Made by a program: the position numbers and the translations under genes. The notes below the pieces were generated by a model that made no database searches, was not told where the DNA came from, and worked only from the letters and a program-made list of their open reading frames with translations. From IMG/VR virus record IMGVR_UViG_3300022689_000080, positions 1 to 59,990 of that record: DNA of 59,990 bases; one strand, 5' to 3'. Source of the DNA: a virus. Its lineage: Duplodnaviria > Caudoviricetes. Every line of letters starts with the position of its first letter. Position 1 is the stretch's first letter. Below are positions 49,893-59,227 of the stretch, in pieces.

Positions 49893-51022
49893 CAGACGAA
49901 GCCACCCAGGAACAGTTGGGCGTTTCGCAGGATTCCGAGCTGCGAGGCGATAACACCGAATCAGCAAGCCCCGAGGAATCCCGCACCGAAGGCCGCGACG
50001 AGCAGGCGGATGTCCGCAAGTCGCCCATGCAGCTCCGCGAGGAGAAGCTGGCCGCGCTGGCGGAGAAGCGCCGCGAACAGGTCGAGGCGGAGCGCAAGGC
50101 CGCGAAGGAAATCAACGATCCCGATTCCGCCGTCCTTGAAGGCGAGGATGACGACGACGAGCCGGACGCGCAAAAGGCGCCGGTTCGCCCTGGCTGGCAG
50201 GCCCGCGAGGACGGGGTGCTGGTCAAGCGCGTGAAGGTGAACGGCGTCGAGCGCGAGATCACCGAAGAGGAATACGACGCGCTGGCTCAGAAGGAGCTGG
50301 CGGGAGATCAGAAGCTCCAGCAGGCGGCAGAGCGCGAGCGGCGCGCCGTACAGCGGGAGCAGGAGCTGCGCCAGATGGAGCAGCAGCTACGAGAACGTGA
50401 AACAGCCTTGAAGTCGAGCCCACCCGACGAGGGCGGCTTGAGTGACGAGGAGTTTGCGAAAGTCCTGAAGGAGTACCACACCGCGATCTACGACGGTGAC
50501 GAGGACGTTGCAGCGGAGAAGTTCAAGATCCTGAATCAGGCGCGAAGCAGTTCTACGCCGAATCTGGACCAACTCACCCGCGAAGCAGCCATCCGCGCCC
50601 GGGAAGAGGTCCGTGCGGAGCTGAATCAGGAGAAGTTCAGGGAGAGCGTCAACACGGGCTGGAAGAGGTTCCGTGAGGAATACGCCGAGATCGCTGGCAA
50701 CACGGCCCGTCTCGCGTATGCCGATGTTCACCTGAAAGCAGTACGCCAAGAGAACCCCGAGCTGACGCCGGAGGCCGCCATTATGGAGGCCGGCCGGCGT
50801 ACCGCCGAGGAGCTTGGGCTGGCAGTGACCCGGAAAGATGATTCCGCCGAGCCGGCACCGGAGAGTCGTGCGAACGATAGGGCTTCCCGCGAAGAGCGGA
50901 AGGCCAATCTGAAACCGATACCGCGTTCCTCAACAAAAGCGCACAAGCCGCCGGAAAAGCCTCGAGCGCCGAGTACCCAGGCCGAAAAGATTGCGCAGAT
51001 GAAGAGGGCGAGGGCTCTTTGA
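49889..51022 (+). CDS. Capsid scaffolding protein
   Basis: Charged helical protein with VKVNGVEREIT motif just before capsid gene. Confidence 0.8.
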   Translation: MTDEATQEQLGVSQDSELRGDNTESASPEESRTEGRDEQADVRKSPMQLREEKLAALAEKRREQVEAERKAAKEINDPDSAVLEGEDDDDEPDAQKAPVRPGWQAREDGVLVKRVKVNGVEREITEEEYDALAQKELAGDQKLQQAAERERRAVQREQELRQMEQQLRERETALKSSPPDEGGLSDEEFAKVLKEYHTAIYDGDEDVAAEKFKILNQARSSSTPNLDQLTREAAIRAREEVRAELNQEKFRESVNTGWKRFREEYAEIAGNTARLAYADVHLKAVRQENPELTPEAAIMEAGRRTAEELGLAVTRKDDSAEPAPESRANDRASREERKANLKPIPRSSTKAHKPPEKPRAPSTQAEKIAQMKRARAL

Positions 51023-51033
51023 GGATCTGATCA

Positions 51034-51978
51034 ATGCCCCAGCTTTGGACTAACACCGGACAGGGCTTCATGGCGTCCGACATCCTGTCGGATCAGTGGA
51101 GAACGTCACTTCAGCCGATGGCTCGCTTCCGTCAGTTCTGCGACGTGGAAGAGGCGATTGGCACCAACAACGGCGAAAAATTCACGTGGACCGTGTACGG
51201 CGACACGCAGGACGACGGCACCCGTGAGCTTCAGGAAAGCCAGCCGATGCCGACCACGAGCTTCCCCGTATTCCAGGGTGAAGTGGTCGTCACGGAATAC
51301 GGCATCGCGGTTCCGCACTCCCTGAAGTACGAAACGATGTCCGAGCATAACGTGCCGAAGGTCATCACCAAGACGCTGCGCAACGACGCGAATCGCAAGT
51401 TCGACGAGCTGGCTCACGCCGAGTTCAATGCGACGCTTCTGCGCGCTGTTGGCGGCGCCAACGGTTTGATCACGCTCACGGACAACGGCACGCCGTCCGG
51501 CATCAACAACATCGCCATGTCGAAGGAACACGTCAAGACGATCCGCGACACGATGGAAGAGCGCAACATTCCCGTCTTTGACGACGAGGACTACATGGCG
51601 ATCGCGCGTCCGTCGACGCTCCGCCCCGTGTTCGATGACCTGGAATCGGTACTCCAGTACACCGACGAGGGCTACAAGCGGATCGTGAACGGCGAGCGCG
51701 GCCGGTACGAAGGCATCCGTTTCCTGACGCAGACGAACATCGTCTCCGAAAACTGGACGAACGGCCTTTCGGACGCGGCGTACTTTTTCGGCGCCGACAC
51801 GGTGACGGAAGCGGTCTCGGTCGCGGAAGAGCTGCGCGGCAAGATCCCCGATGACTACGGTCGTTCACGCGGTATCGCGTGGTACTACCTGGGCGCCTTC
51901 AAGATCACCCACGCGAATCCGACCAGCGCCGAGTCGCGCGCTCAGGGCCGGATCATCAAGTGGGACAGCGCGGCATAA
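51034..51978 (+). CDS. Major capsid protein
   Basis: 314 aa; RFRQFCD, V.EYG, GERGRYEGIRF, DYGRSRGIAWYYLG. Confidence 0.88.
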   Translation: MPQLWTNTGQGFMASDILSDQWRTSLQPMARFRQFCDVEEAIGTNNGEKFTWTVYGDTQDDGTRELQESQPMPTTSFPVFQGEVVVTEYGIAVPHSLKYETMSEHNVPKVITKTLRNDANRKFDELAHAEFNATLLRAVGGANGLITLTDNGTPSGINNIAMSKEHVKTIRDTMEERNIPVFDDEDYMAIARPSTLRPVFDDLESVLQYTDEGYKRIVNGERGRYEGIRFLTQTNIVSENWTNGLSDAAYFFGADTVTEAVSVAEELRGKIPDDYGRSRGIAWYYLGAFKITHANPTSAESRAQGRIIKWDSAA

Positions 51979-51990
51979 GGAGGCCATGCG

Positions 51991-52356
51991 ATGAACACCT
52001 ACGATCAACCCACGGTAATCAGCTACGAGCTGAACGCCGCCTCCCTCGCGTCTGCGGCGGAGCTTCGCACCCTGGTTGGCCCTGCCGGCAAGACCGGCCG
52101 CGTAACGTCGATCTCGGCGCTCGTGACCACTGGCGTGACCGGGGCTCCGGCCACGGTGTCAGTGAACACGCTCAACGACGCCATCCAGGCCGGATCCCTC
52201 GAGGTTCCGGTGGGCGCGGCGGACACGTTTGCGAACGCATCCGTCAACGGCACCGACGACACGCTGATCCCGGCCGACACGGCCTTCACCATTGATTGCG
52301 ACGGCGGCGCGACGGCGGGAGCCGCGAACCTCGTTGTCGCCATCGCCTGGTTCTGA
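51991..52356 (+). CDS. Putative head decoration protein
   Basis: 121 aa beta-rich, AGGAGG RBS, after capsid gene. Confidence 0.6.
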   Translation: MNTYDQPTVISYELNAASLASAAELRTLVGPAGKTGRVTSISALVTTGVTGAPATVSVNTLNDAIQAGSLEVPVGAADTFANASVNGTDDTLIPADTAFTIDCDGGATAGAANLVVAIAWF

Positions 52357-52367
52357 GGAGACCCACG

Positions 52368-52535
52368 ATGAAAGACTACGACGGTAAGGACTCCGGCAAG
52401 GGCGGAAGCCTGAAGCACGGCCTGTCGAAGAAGATGAAGTTCACGCCTGAAGAGGCGGGTCCGAAGTCGACGAGCGTCGGTCGTCCGAAGCACGAAGGCA
52501 TGGTCAAGCGCCATGTGGCAAAGCCGCGCGGGTAA
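52368..52535 (+). CDS. Small basic protein
   Basis: 55 aa K/G-rich, GAGGAG RBS. Confidence 0.65.
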   Translation: MKDYDGKDSGKGGSLKHGLSKKMKFTPEEAGPKSTSVGRPKHEGMVKRHVAKPRG

Positions 52536-52550
52536 CTGAGGGGTCCGCGC

Positions 52551-52594
52551 GGCCCTGTCCCGCCGGCTAGGTGAGCGGCCGGCGGGGCCTTTTT
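52551..52594 (+). terminator. Rho-independent terminator after capsid genes
   Basis: CCGCCGGC...GCCGGCGG stem then TTTTT. Confidence 0.75.
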
Positions 52595-52605
52595 CGGAGG
52601 CCAGC

Positions 52606-52812
52606 ATGAAAGAACCGAGAACAGACGCTCCTCGAGAGCGGAACGCAGACGAGAGGATGTCGCAAGGCGCGAGCCTGTCCGATGGACTGGCGGGGCGCAT
52701 GACGGCAACCCCGGTGATGAAAGTGGGCTGTACCTACCGCAAGGACGGCAAGGACTGTAGCGGCGAAGTTCACATGAGGAGATTCGAGAATGAGTACGGA
52801 TACGACGACTGA
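52606..52812 (+). CDS. Hypothetical protein
   Basis: GGAGG RBS, 68 aa. Confidence 0.6.
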   Translation: MKEPRTDAPRERNADERMSQGASLSDGLAGRMTATPVMKVGCTYRKDGKDCSGEVHMRRFENEYGYDD

Positions 52813-53035
52813 AGCAGTCGAGCCCGTTGACGCGCCCGAGGCCGAAGCAGCGTCGCCCCAGGAGGAGGCCTCCTCGCGCAAGGGCAAGCCGCGCAAAGCC
52901 AAGCATGATCCCAATTTGCTGGACGAGAGCCGAGCCTACGGCACGGTTCATGGTCGAGGCAAAATACGGTATTGGCAGGACGGCAAATACTTCGGCATTG
53001 ACAAGCGGGTGCTGAAAGAACAGCCGGAAGAGTAA
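52790..53035 (+). CDS. Hypothetical protein
   Basis: LDESRAYGTVHG...YWQDGKYF. Confidence 0.7.
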   Translation: MSTDTTTEAVEPVDAPEAEAASPQEEASSRKGKPRKAKHDPNLLDESRAYGTVHGRGKIRYWQDGKYFGIDKRVLKEQPEE

Positions 53036-53041
53036 CGCCGC

Positions 53042-53707
53042 ATGGATCTCCTCGGTCTTGTTCGAGCCGTATGGCAGGAAAGCGGCAGCGACGGGCCCGA
53101 GCCGGTTACGGTCGTCGGAGTCCGCGGCGAGCTTCAGCGAATCCTGGGCTGGGTGATCCGCGCGGATCTCGAGATCCAGTCGCTCTACACTGACTGGGGC
53201 TTCCTGTGGCGGCAACAGGGCTTCGCAACGGTCGCCGGCCAGCGGGTCTACGATGCTGTCCCCGGCGCCTCGGCCTACGATCAGGGCACGTTCTTCATCG
53301 ACGGCGATCAGGGCATCATCGCGGTCGACTACATCGACGTGAAGGGCGAGGCGCCGTACACCAGCCCTGGACGGCCATTCCGCGCCGTCATCATGCCGGA
53401 CCTGCGGATCCGCTTCGATCCGGCCCCGGATGACGTGCACCAGATCACTTTCGACGCTTTCATGGCGCCGATAGCGATGGACCCTCTGGACCTTTCCCAG
53501 TCGGTGATACCTGAGCCGTTCCGCTACGCCATCGTCGGCAAGGCGCTGATGCACTACGGCAAGTACGAGAACGCCCCGGAGATCCTGCAACAGGGCACGG
53601 AAATGTACGCCGACTGGCTCTTCTCGATGTCCTCCCTGCGCCTTCCCGGCAAGCGCTCCGCCCACAAGACGGCGGAGGGCAACGATCTGGTGATAACGGT
53701 TGAGTGA
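53042..53707 (+). CDS. Head-tail adaptor protein
   Basis: W.FL, F.TVAGQRVY, PAPDD, IPEPFRYAIV.KAL pattern of podovirus adaptors. Confidence 0.75.
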   Translation: MDLLGLVRAVWQESGSDGPEPVTVVGVRGELQRILGWVIRADLEIQSLYTDWGFLWRQQGFATVAGQRVYDAVPGASAYDQGTFFIDGDQGIIAVDYIDVKGEAPYTSPGRPFRAVIMPDLRIRFDPAPDDVHQITFDAFMAPIAMDPLDLSQSVIPEPFRYAIVGKALMHYGKYENAPEILQQGTEMYADWLFSMSSLRLPGKRSAHKTAEGNDLVITVE

Positions 53708-55737
53708 GCAGGCAGACCCCATACTTCCCCCTCGGCGGCGGTCTTGATGTCGTCACGCCCCCGGCGCAGATGCCGCCCGGGCGCCTCATTGCCGGCGTCA
53801 ACTTCGAGCCCTGGATCAATGGTGGCTACCGCCGATGCCTGGGCTTCGAGCGCTTCGACGGCCGGCCGGCGCCGTCTGACGCATCGTGGGTATGGCTCGA
53901 GGTAGACGATGCCAGCGGCCTGTCGCTGGGCGACACGATTACCGGCGACACCTCGTCGGCCACGGGCACGGTCATCGCCATCAGCGGCAACGACGTGGCC
54001 GTAACGAAGGTGACTGGCGCCTTCGGGGTCGAGGACGCCAACACCGCAGCCTTCGCCATCACCGCAGCGACGTCGGAGGACGCGCCTACCACGGACCTCC
54101 TCGCAGAGTGGAAGCTGGCGGCGGAAAACGAATACCGCGCTGACATCCTCGAGGTTCCCGGCAGCGGGCCGGTGCGCGGCGTGTGGCAGCTCCGCGACAA
54201 GGTGTACGCGATCCGCGACAACCTGGGAGCCACGGCCGCGGTGATCTATCAGGCCACGGCGTCCGGCTGGGACACGACTCCGGTTACGATGGGCGTCCGC
54301 CTTCGCTTCGACACGGGTGTGTCCGAGATCAATCCGGGCGACGTGCTGACCGGCGGCACGTCCGGCGCGACCGGGACCGTACACCGGATAGTCGTGCACG
54401 TCGGCAACTGGGGGACCGGCGATGCGGCCGGCTTTGTCGTGATGACCAGCGTCACCGGCACTTTCACGAACGGCGAAGCGCTGAACGTCGGCGCAACACT
54501 GTCCGCCAGCGCATCCGGAAACAGCTCCGTCACAACTATCCCGCCCGGGGGCCGTTACGATTTCGTGACCACGAACCTCCTGGCTGGCTCGAATACCTAC
54601 CGAGCCTATTGCTGCGCAGGTGTCGGGCCTGCCCTCGAGATCGACGAGAACGGCATCGTGAGTCCGATCCTGATGGACCTGACGCTGGGCGATTCCCCGA
54701 CCGAGAACAAGCCGTACCTGTGCGAGGTTTTCGATGGATCCCTGTGGCTGATGTTTCCCGGCGGGTCGCTCCAGAAGTCGATCGTGGGCGACGCCATGAC
54801 CTTCAACGGGTTCCTGGGCGCCGCGGAGTTCGGGCTGGGTGACGAGGGCACCGGCCTCGTGGCAACAGAAGGCCGCGTACTGGTGGCCTATACGCGCAGT
54901 CAGGCTCACGGCTTCTTTCCGGCCAACCTGAGCTACCAGAAGCGGCTTCTGGCCGATCGCTCCGGCGGCGTGCTGTATAGCGCCGACAGCCTGGGTGGCC
55001 TGTATGCCCTCGACGATCAGGGCGTGGTCGACCTGAGCAGGGCCGAGCTGTTCGGTGACTTCGCCGCGGCCACGATCTCGGATCTCATTCAACCGCTGGC
55101 AGTCTCGAGCGTGAACAGCGTGGCGGGGACGATGTGCGTCCGCGATTCCAACCAGTACCGCCTCGTGCTTCGCAGCGGCGACGTGATCGTATTCCGGATC
55201 AGCCCTAACGCACCGCCGGAGGCTGGGCTTCTGAGCTACGGGACCGGCATCGAGTTCAGCGCTGCCTGCGAGGACGAGAATTCGGCGCCGACCTACTGGT
55301 TCTGCGGCAACTCGGGGTACGTCTATCAGGCCGAACGAGGGATCAACTTCGACGGCGAGGAGATCTCCGCGTTTATGACGCTGCCCTTCGCGGATCAGGA
55401 TTCGCCGGCCGCGCGCAAGCGCTACCGGCTTGCGGAGTTCGAGATCGTTGCGACTGGAAGCCTGTTCCTCAACTGCCATCACGAACTGAATTTCGGGGAT
55501 CCGGATCAGCGCATCGACGACTGGACGGACGGCTTCGTGGGCGGCGGCGGTCGCTACGAAGTCGAAAACTGGGACGAATTCTTCTGGGATGCGCAGCTCT
55601 ACAACATGGGCCGCTTCGAGCTGCGCGGCACCGGCCGGAACATCAGCCTGACCATTGAAAAGACCTCCGCGACCACGCCGCCGTTCATCGTCCAGGGGGT
55701 CATCCTTCACTACGATCCGCGGAGAGTTCAGCGATGA
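53704..55737 (+). CDS. Tail nozzle/DNA stabilization protein
   Basis: 677 aa beta-rich, LGGGLDVVTP start, follows adaptor. Confidence 0.72.
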   Translation: MSRQTPYFPLGGGLDVVTPPAQMPPGRLIAGVNFEPWINGGYRRCLGFERFDGRPAPSDASWVWLEVDDASGLSLGDTITGDTSSATGTVIAISGNDVAVTKVTGAFGVEDANTAAFAITAATSEDAPTTDLLAEWKLAAENEYRADILEVPGSGPVRGVWQLRDKVYAIRDNLGATAAVIYQATASGWDTTPVTMGVRLRFDTGVSEINPGDVLTGGTSGATGTVHRIVVHVGNWGTGDAAGFVVMTSVTGTFTNGEALNVGATLSASASGNSSVTTIPPGGRYDFVTTNLLAGSNTYRAYCCAGVGPALEIDENGIVSPILMDLTLGDSPTENKPYLCEVFDGSLWLMFPGGSLQKSIVGDAMTFNGFLGAAEFGLGDEGTGLVATEGRVLVAYTRSQAHGFFPANLSYQKRLLADRSGGVLYSADSLGGLYALDDQGVVDLSRAELFGDFAAATISDLIQPLAVSSVNSVAGTMCVRDSNQYRLVLRSGDVIVFRISPNAPPEAGLLSYGTGIEFSAACEDENSAPTYWFCGNSGYVYQAERGINFDGEEISAFMTLPFADQDSPAARKRYRLAEFEIVATGSLFLNCHHELNFGDPDQRIDDWTDGFVGGGGRYEVENWDEFFWDAQLYNMGRFELRGTGRNISLTIEKTSATTPPFIVQGVILHYDPRRVQR

Positions 55738-56459
55738 GCAACCCCTACTACAACTACCTGCGAGATCTGCTGCCCTTCACCCGGGTTCGCTCAAACTCGC
55801 TGGACGAAGAGTTCACCCTGATCGAGCAGGGCTTCGACAAGATCAACCCGTTCAACTTCTCCTTCGGCGGCACGGACACCGGGACAGTGAACGCCTACGT
55901 TGTAGGCACCGGAAACACGGGGACGCTGGTCGATCTTCAGATCGTGGCCTTTGCGCCCCTGAGCGGGAACACGGGGGCATCGACCCTGAATCTCGACTCG
56001 AATGGCGCGGACCCAATTGTGACGAACAGCGGGCAACCGCTTCAGGCCGGCGACCTGATTGCCGGCGTCCCGGTGCTGGTGGTCTATGACCTGCCCAACA
56101 CGCGCTGGGTGCTGATCGGGTCCACCCACCGGCAGACGATCGCAGCCTTGCGCCCTGGCGTCATCACGGACTCCTCCACGGCGCGCACCCTGTCGGTCGG
56201 TGACGAGAACAACATCATCCGCTTCACAAACGGCGGCGCGATCACGGTCACGGTGCCAACCGAGGCCTCCGAGCCCTTTGAGGCCGGCAGCATCATTCAC
56301 CTGCATCAAGAAGGCGCCGGCCAGATTACCGTCGCCTCCGCGGTCGGCGTGAGCCTGCGCGCTGCCATCGGCCTGAGAACGCGGGTCCAGTACAGCTCGC
56401 TCTCGCTCGTGAAGGTTGAATCGAATACGTGGAACGTGATCGGGGATCAGGCCGCATGA
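55734..56459 (+). CDS. Proximal tail fibre protein
   Basis: NTGASTLN, LQAGDL.AG, Q.GAGQITV, LRTRVQYS, W.VIGD motifs. Confidence 0.78.
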   Translation: MSNPYYNYLRDLLPFTRVRSNSLDEEFTLIEQGFDKINPFNFSFGGTDTGTVNAYVVGTGNTGTLVDLQIVAFAPLSGNTGASTLNLDSNGADPIVTNSGQPLQAGDLIAGVPVLVVYDLPNTRWVLIGSTHRQTIAALRPGVITDSSTARTLSVGDENNIIRFTNGGAITVTVPTEASEPFEAGSIIHLHQEGAGQITVASAVGVSLRAAIGLRTRVQYSSLSLVKVESNTWNVIGDQAA

Positions 56460-56701
56460 GCTGGGGCCTCTACGTCCACAACTGGAAAGGCGCCGGTTCG
56501 GCCAACCAGTCGCCATTCAACAACTTTGCCCTCCAGTTCCAGCCGGACATCTACTCGCGCTTCGATGACCCTATTGGGTCAACGATCGTCGAGGACCTGG
56601 GCGCAAGGCGCTACACGAACTCCGTGGTCGGTACGCCGACCTTCGAGGAAACCGGCCTGCTGTCGGACGGCGGCACGTCGGTGCGCTGGGAGACGCCGTA
56701 G
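56456..56701 (+). CDS. Short ORF resembling a truncated LamG/concanavalin-type fibre gene
   Basis: PDIYSRFDDPIGST..ED...GTPTF...GL ends abruptly. Confidence 0.5.
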   Translation: MSWGLYVHNWKGAGSANQSPFNNFALQFQPDIYSRFDDPIGSTIVEDLGARRYTNSVVGTPTFEETGLLSDGGTSVRWETP

Positions 56702-57225
56702 TGCTGGACTGCCACGTGCTGATGCTTCCGGATCGTGACAACCGGCTGTGCCTCGAGTCCGTCGCGTCCGAGCGCGCGCGGGTTCACCTTCTGGATGGCA
56801 TCCCCGGGCACATCGGAAAGGGCCGGATAAAGGGCTATTCCCTGGGCGACCAGCCTTTCGTCACCTACGTCGATGACGACGATATGGTGACTCCGGGGCT
56901 CCTCGATGCGCTCCACGACTACCTCGAGGAGCATCCTTACACGCCGATGCTCTACGTGAAAAATCGCGCAGTGAGTACGTCCGATCCCATGCCGGAGCCT
57001 CTTTCCTCGCTTAACGTCCAAGAGCGGCCGAGGAATACGGTCATCGTTACGGACCACCTGTGCGTGTTTCGCCGGGACCGGCTGATGCCGCTCATGGGTC
57101 GTTACAGGCATGCAGCCAGGGGCGGGGACGGCATGGTGCTGCGTGCCTACCTCCGGTCCATGAGCGAGAACAAAACGATCTCCTTCGTACATGAGCCGCA
57201 CTACTTCGTGAGGCGCGCACCGTGA
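56701..57225 (+). CDS. Glycosyltransferase family 2-like protein
   Basis: IGKGR..GY..GDQPFVTYVDDDD, GT-A DxD motif; CLESV early motif. Confidence 0.68.
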   Translation: MLDCHVLMLPDRDNRLCLESVASERARVHLLDGIPGHIGKGRIKGYSLGDQPFVTYVDDDDMVTPGLLDALHDYLEEHPYTPMLYVKNRAVSTSDPMPEPLSSLNVQERPRNTVIVTDHLCVFRRDRLMPLMGRYRHAARGGDGMVLRAYLRSMSENKTISFVHEPHYFVRRAP

Positions 57226-59162
57226 GCTGGAGCCCAATCAGCACGTCGGAGCAGCGCTTCGACACGATCAACCAGTACGACTCGAATTGCTTTGTCGACA
57301 TCAGCTATTTCGACTGGCAGTTCGATGGGCTCGTCGACGGTATCACGGCCTACGAGCGGGTCCGCATCACCCTTTCCATCGAATCCTCTGAGATCTTCAA
57401 TTGGAACGGGACGTGTGTATGGGATACGGTTGATATTCAGATCGAGGGCGGGGGCACCCCGCCAAACTGGGGGAAGCAGTTCGCCACGACGGTCACTCAG
57501 ATTGCCCCGGGACAGTGGGAGTTTGAAGCCGACATTGTGGCCGAGTTCGGCAGCGCGATACCCCTGACGTACCTGCGCGCTTTTGCCACAACGCAGACTT
57601 CCCCGGCCACGGTCATTGTTACCGGCTTTGAGGGCTTTACGCCGCCGCCGCCAGCGCCGTCATTCAACCCCATTGGCGAACCCCGGGTCGACTATCGGAA
57701 CGTCGCCTGCCAGGACCACACGCATGTGATGATCTACAGCGCGGGCGGGCTCACGAACACGACGCTGCTTCAGGCGCCCAACTACGCGATCATGGTCGGC
57801 GTCGGGGGCGGCATCGTGGTCACTGATATGTCCGGCGGGTACTGGGACACCGGACTCAATACCGCGACGGATAACGTGTTCTTCGTGCAGGTGGTTTCCG
57901 ACAACGCGAAGGCATCCATCCCTCTTCCGCCGGCCCAGGTTCAGATTGGCCGACTGCGCTTCGTGTGCTGGGGGATGTCGAGCCTGACACCTGCGGCCGA
58001 CTTCTACAGCACGATTCCGAACACGCCGAGCTTGATTGGTACGCTTTCGGTCGGCGGGCAGCTTGCGATCTCGGACTCGTATTCGCTGTGGGCGAATGAC
58101 AAGCTCGACCTGAACGGCCTGTCCAACGCGCTCGCCGCTACGCTGAACGTGACGGTAACGCCGAACGTGCCGCCGGCCTTCGGAGCCTTCGCGGCAGACC
58201 CTGGTGTGCGCGTGCTTCTTCGCGTCAGCCCCGGCCCGCAACGATCCGGGTTTGTGAACGGCTCTCGTGTCATCCTGACCGATGACTCTACGCCGATAAT
58301 TGCAAAGGAGCGCCTGCCGCTTCAGTACGACATCCGCGGAGTTCCGATTCAAGCGGACTACCCGCGAGATCAGCTCGTTACTCCGCCAGGAGTTCTCACT
58401 GGTGGCCGCGGCTCGCTGATCGTTCCCGGCGAGGACTCGGTGGACACGTGGAGGCGAAACAGCGCCGTCCCGAGCCCGGGCGGCACCGTGTTCGACACCC
58501 TCACAGCGATGATTGACCGCATCCCGAATACGCCGCGGCTTGTCGGTTCGTCGCTGGGCACGTCGGATTTCACCATCGGCCTCTGGCAGGCCCCGGATCC
58601 CATCGGAAGCGCGCTGCGCCCCATCGGCTACGTGCCGCTGATGACGTGCTTCCGGTTTGCCCCGGAAACCACTGACATCAGGGTGTATGCAAAGCTCGTC
58701 GGCGGCTTCGAGATCTACGCGCTTCGAGGGACGGCGCCGAATAGGTTTTCGTACATCGTATTCAACGTCTGCGACTCCGAGACGCAGGGCACGGCCATGA
58801 TGAGGTTCGCGTTCACGCTACCTCCCGACCCGGGCCAGGGTGGTCGCAACCACGTGGCCATAACGCGCAAGAATGGCAGGTTTTACGCCTTCCTGAACGG
58901 GAAGAAGGGCAGGATGACCGACTTCGTTCTGTCGCCCAGCCAGGAGGGCAACTTCATCCCCTCCGAGGAGGAGATCGTGCTGGGCAATCTCGGGCGCCTC
59001 TACATTGGCACACGCATCACCGAGGTTCGCGGTCGGCCAAAGCTGTCGGACGTGGGTTTCAGGACCGGCGCCGGCGCTGTGTTCAATGACATCGAGATCG
59101 TGGCTGGCATCGCCGTCTACGACGCCACCTTTGACACGTTCACACTGCTTACCACGCTGTAG
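57222..59162 (+). CDS. Tail fibre/receptor-binding protein with C-terminal LamG-like domain
   Basis: 646 aa beta-rich; DFTI..W, NHVAITRKNG.FYAFLNG, G.AVYDATF. Confidence 0.72.
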   Translation: MSWSPISTSEQRFDTINQYDSNCFVDISYFDWQFDGLVDGITAYERVRITLSIESSEIFNWNGTCVWDTVDIQIEGGGTPPNWGKQFATTVTQIAPGQWEFEADIVAEFGSAIPLTYLRAFATTQTSPATVIVTGFEGFTPPPPAPSFNPIGEPRVDYRNVACQDHTHVMIYSAGGLTNTTLLQAPNYAIMVGVGGGIVVTDMSGGYWDTGLNTATDNVFFVQVVSDNAKASIPLPPAQVQIGRLRFVCWGMSSLTPAADFYSTIPNTPSLIGTLSVGGQLAISDSYSLWANDKLDLNGLSNALAATLNVTVTPNVPPAFGAFAADPGVRVLLRVSPGPQRSGFVNGSRVILTDDSTPIIAKERLPLQYDIRGVPIQADYPRDQLVTPPGVLTGGRGSLIVPGEDSVDTWRRNSAVPSPGGTVFDTLTAMIDRIPNTPRLVGSSLGTSDFTIGLWQAPDPIGSALRPIGYVPLMTCFRFAPETTDIRVYAKLVGGFEIYALRGTAPNRFSYIVFNVCDSETQGTAMMRFAFTLPPDPGQGGRNHVAITRKNGRFYAFLNGKKGRMTDFVLSPSQEGNFIPSEEEIVLGNLGRLYIGTRITEVRGRPKLSDVGFRTGAGAVFNDIEIVAGIAVYDATFDTFTLLTTL

Positions 59163-59173
59163 CCGGACGCAAC

Positions 59174-59201
59174 TTAAACCCACTGGGACGCACCCTAAAA
59201 T
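59174..59201 (+). promoter_or_regulatory. Putative late promoter of internal-protein operon (TTAAAC-16-TAAAAT)
   Basis: Recurrent motif, intergenic, 27 bp before ATG 59228. Confidence 0.65.
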
Positions 59202-59227
59202 CGGGCCATCATGTGAAGGGCCCGACC

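Noticed and set aside
56699-56725. Amber read-through or recoding extending the short LamG-like ORF
   Set aside because: An in-frame TGA follows six codons later; other TAG stops end genes normally
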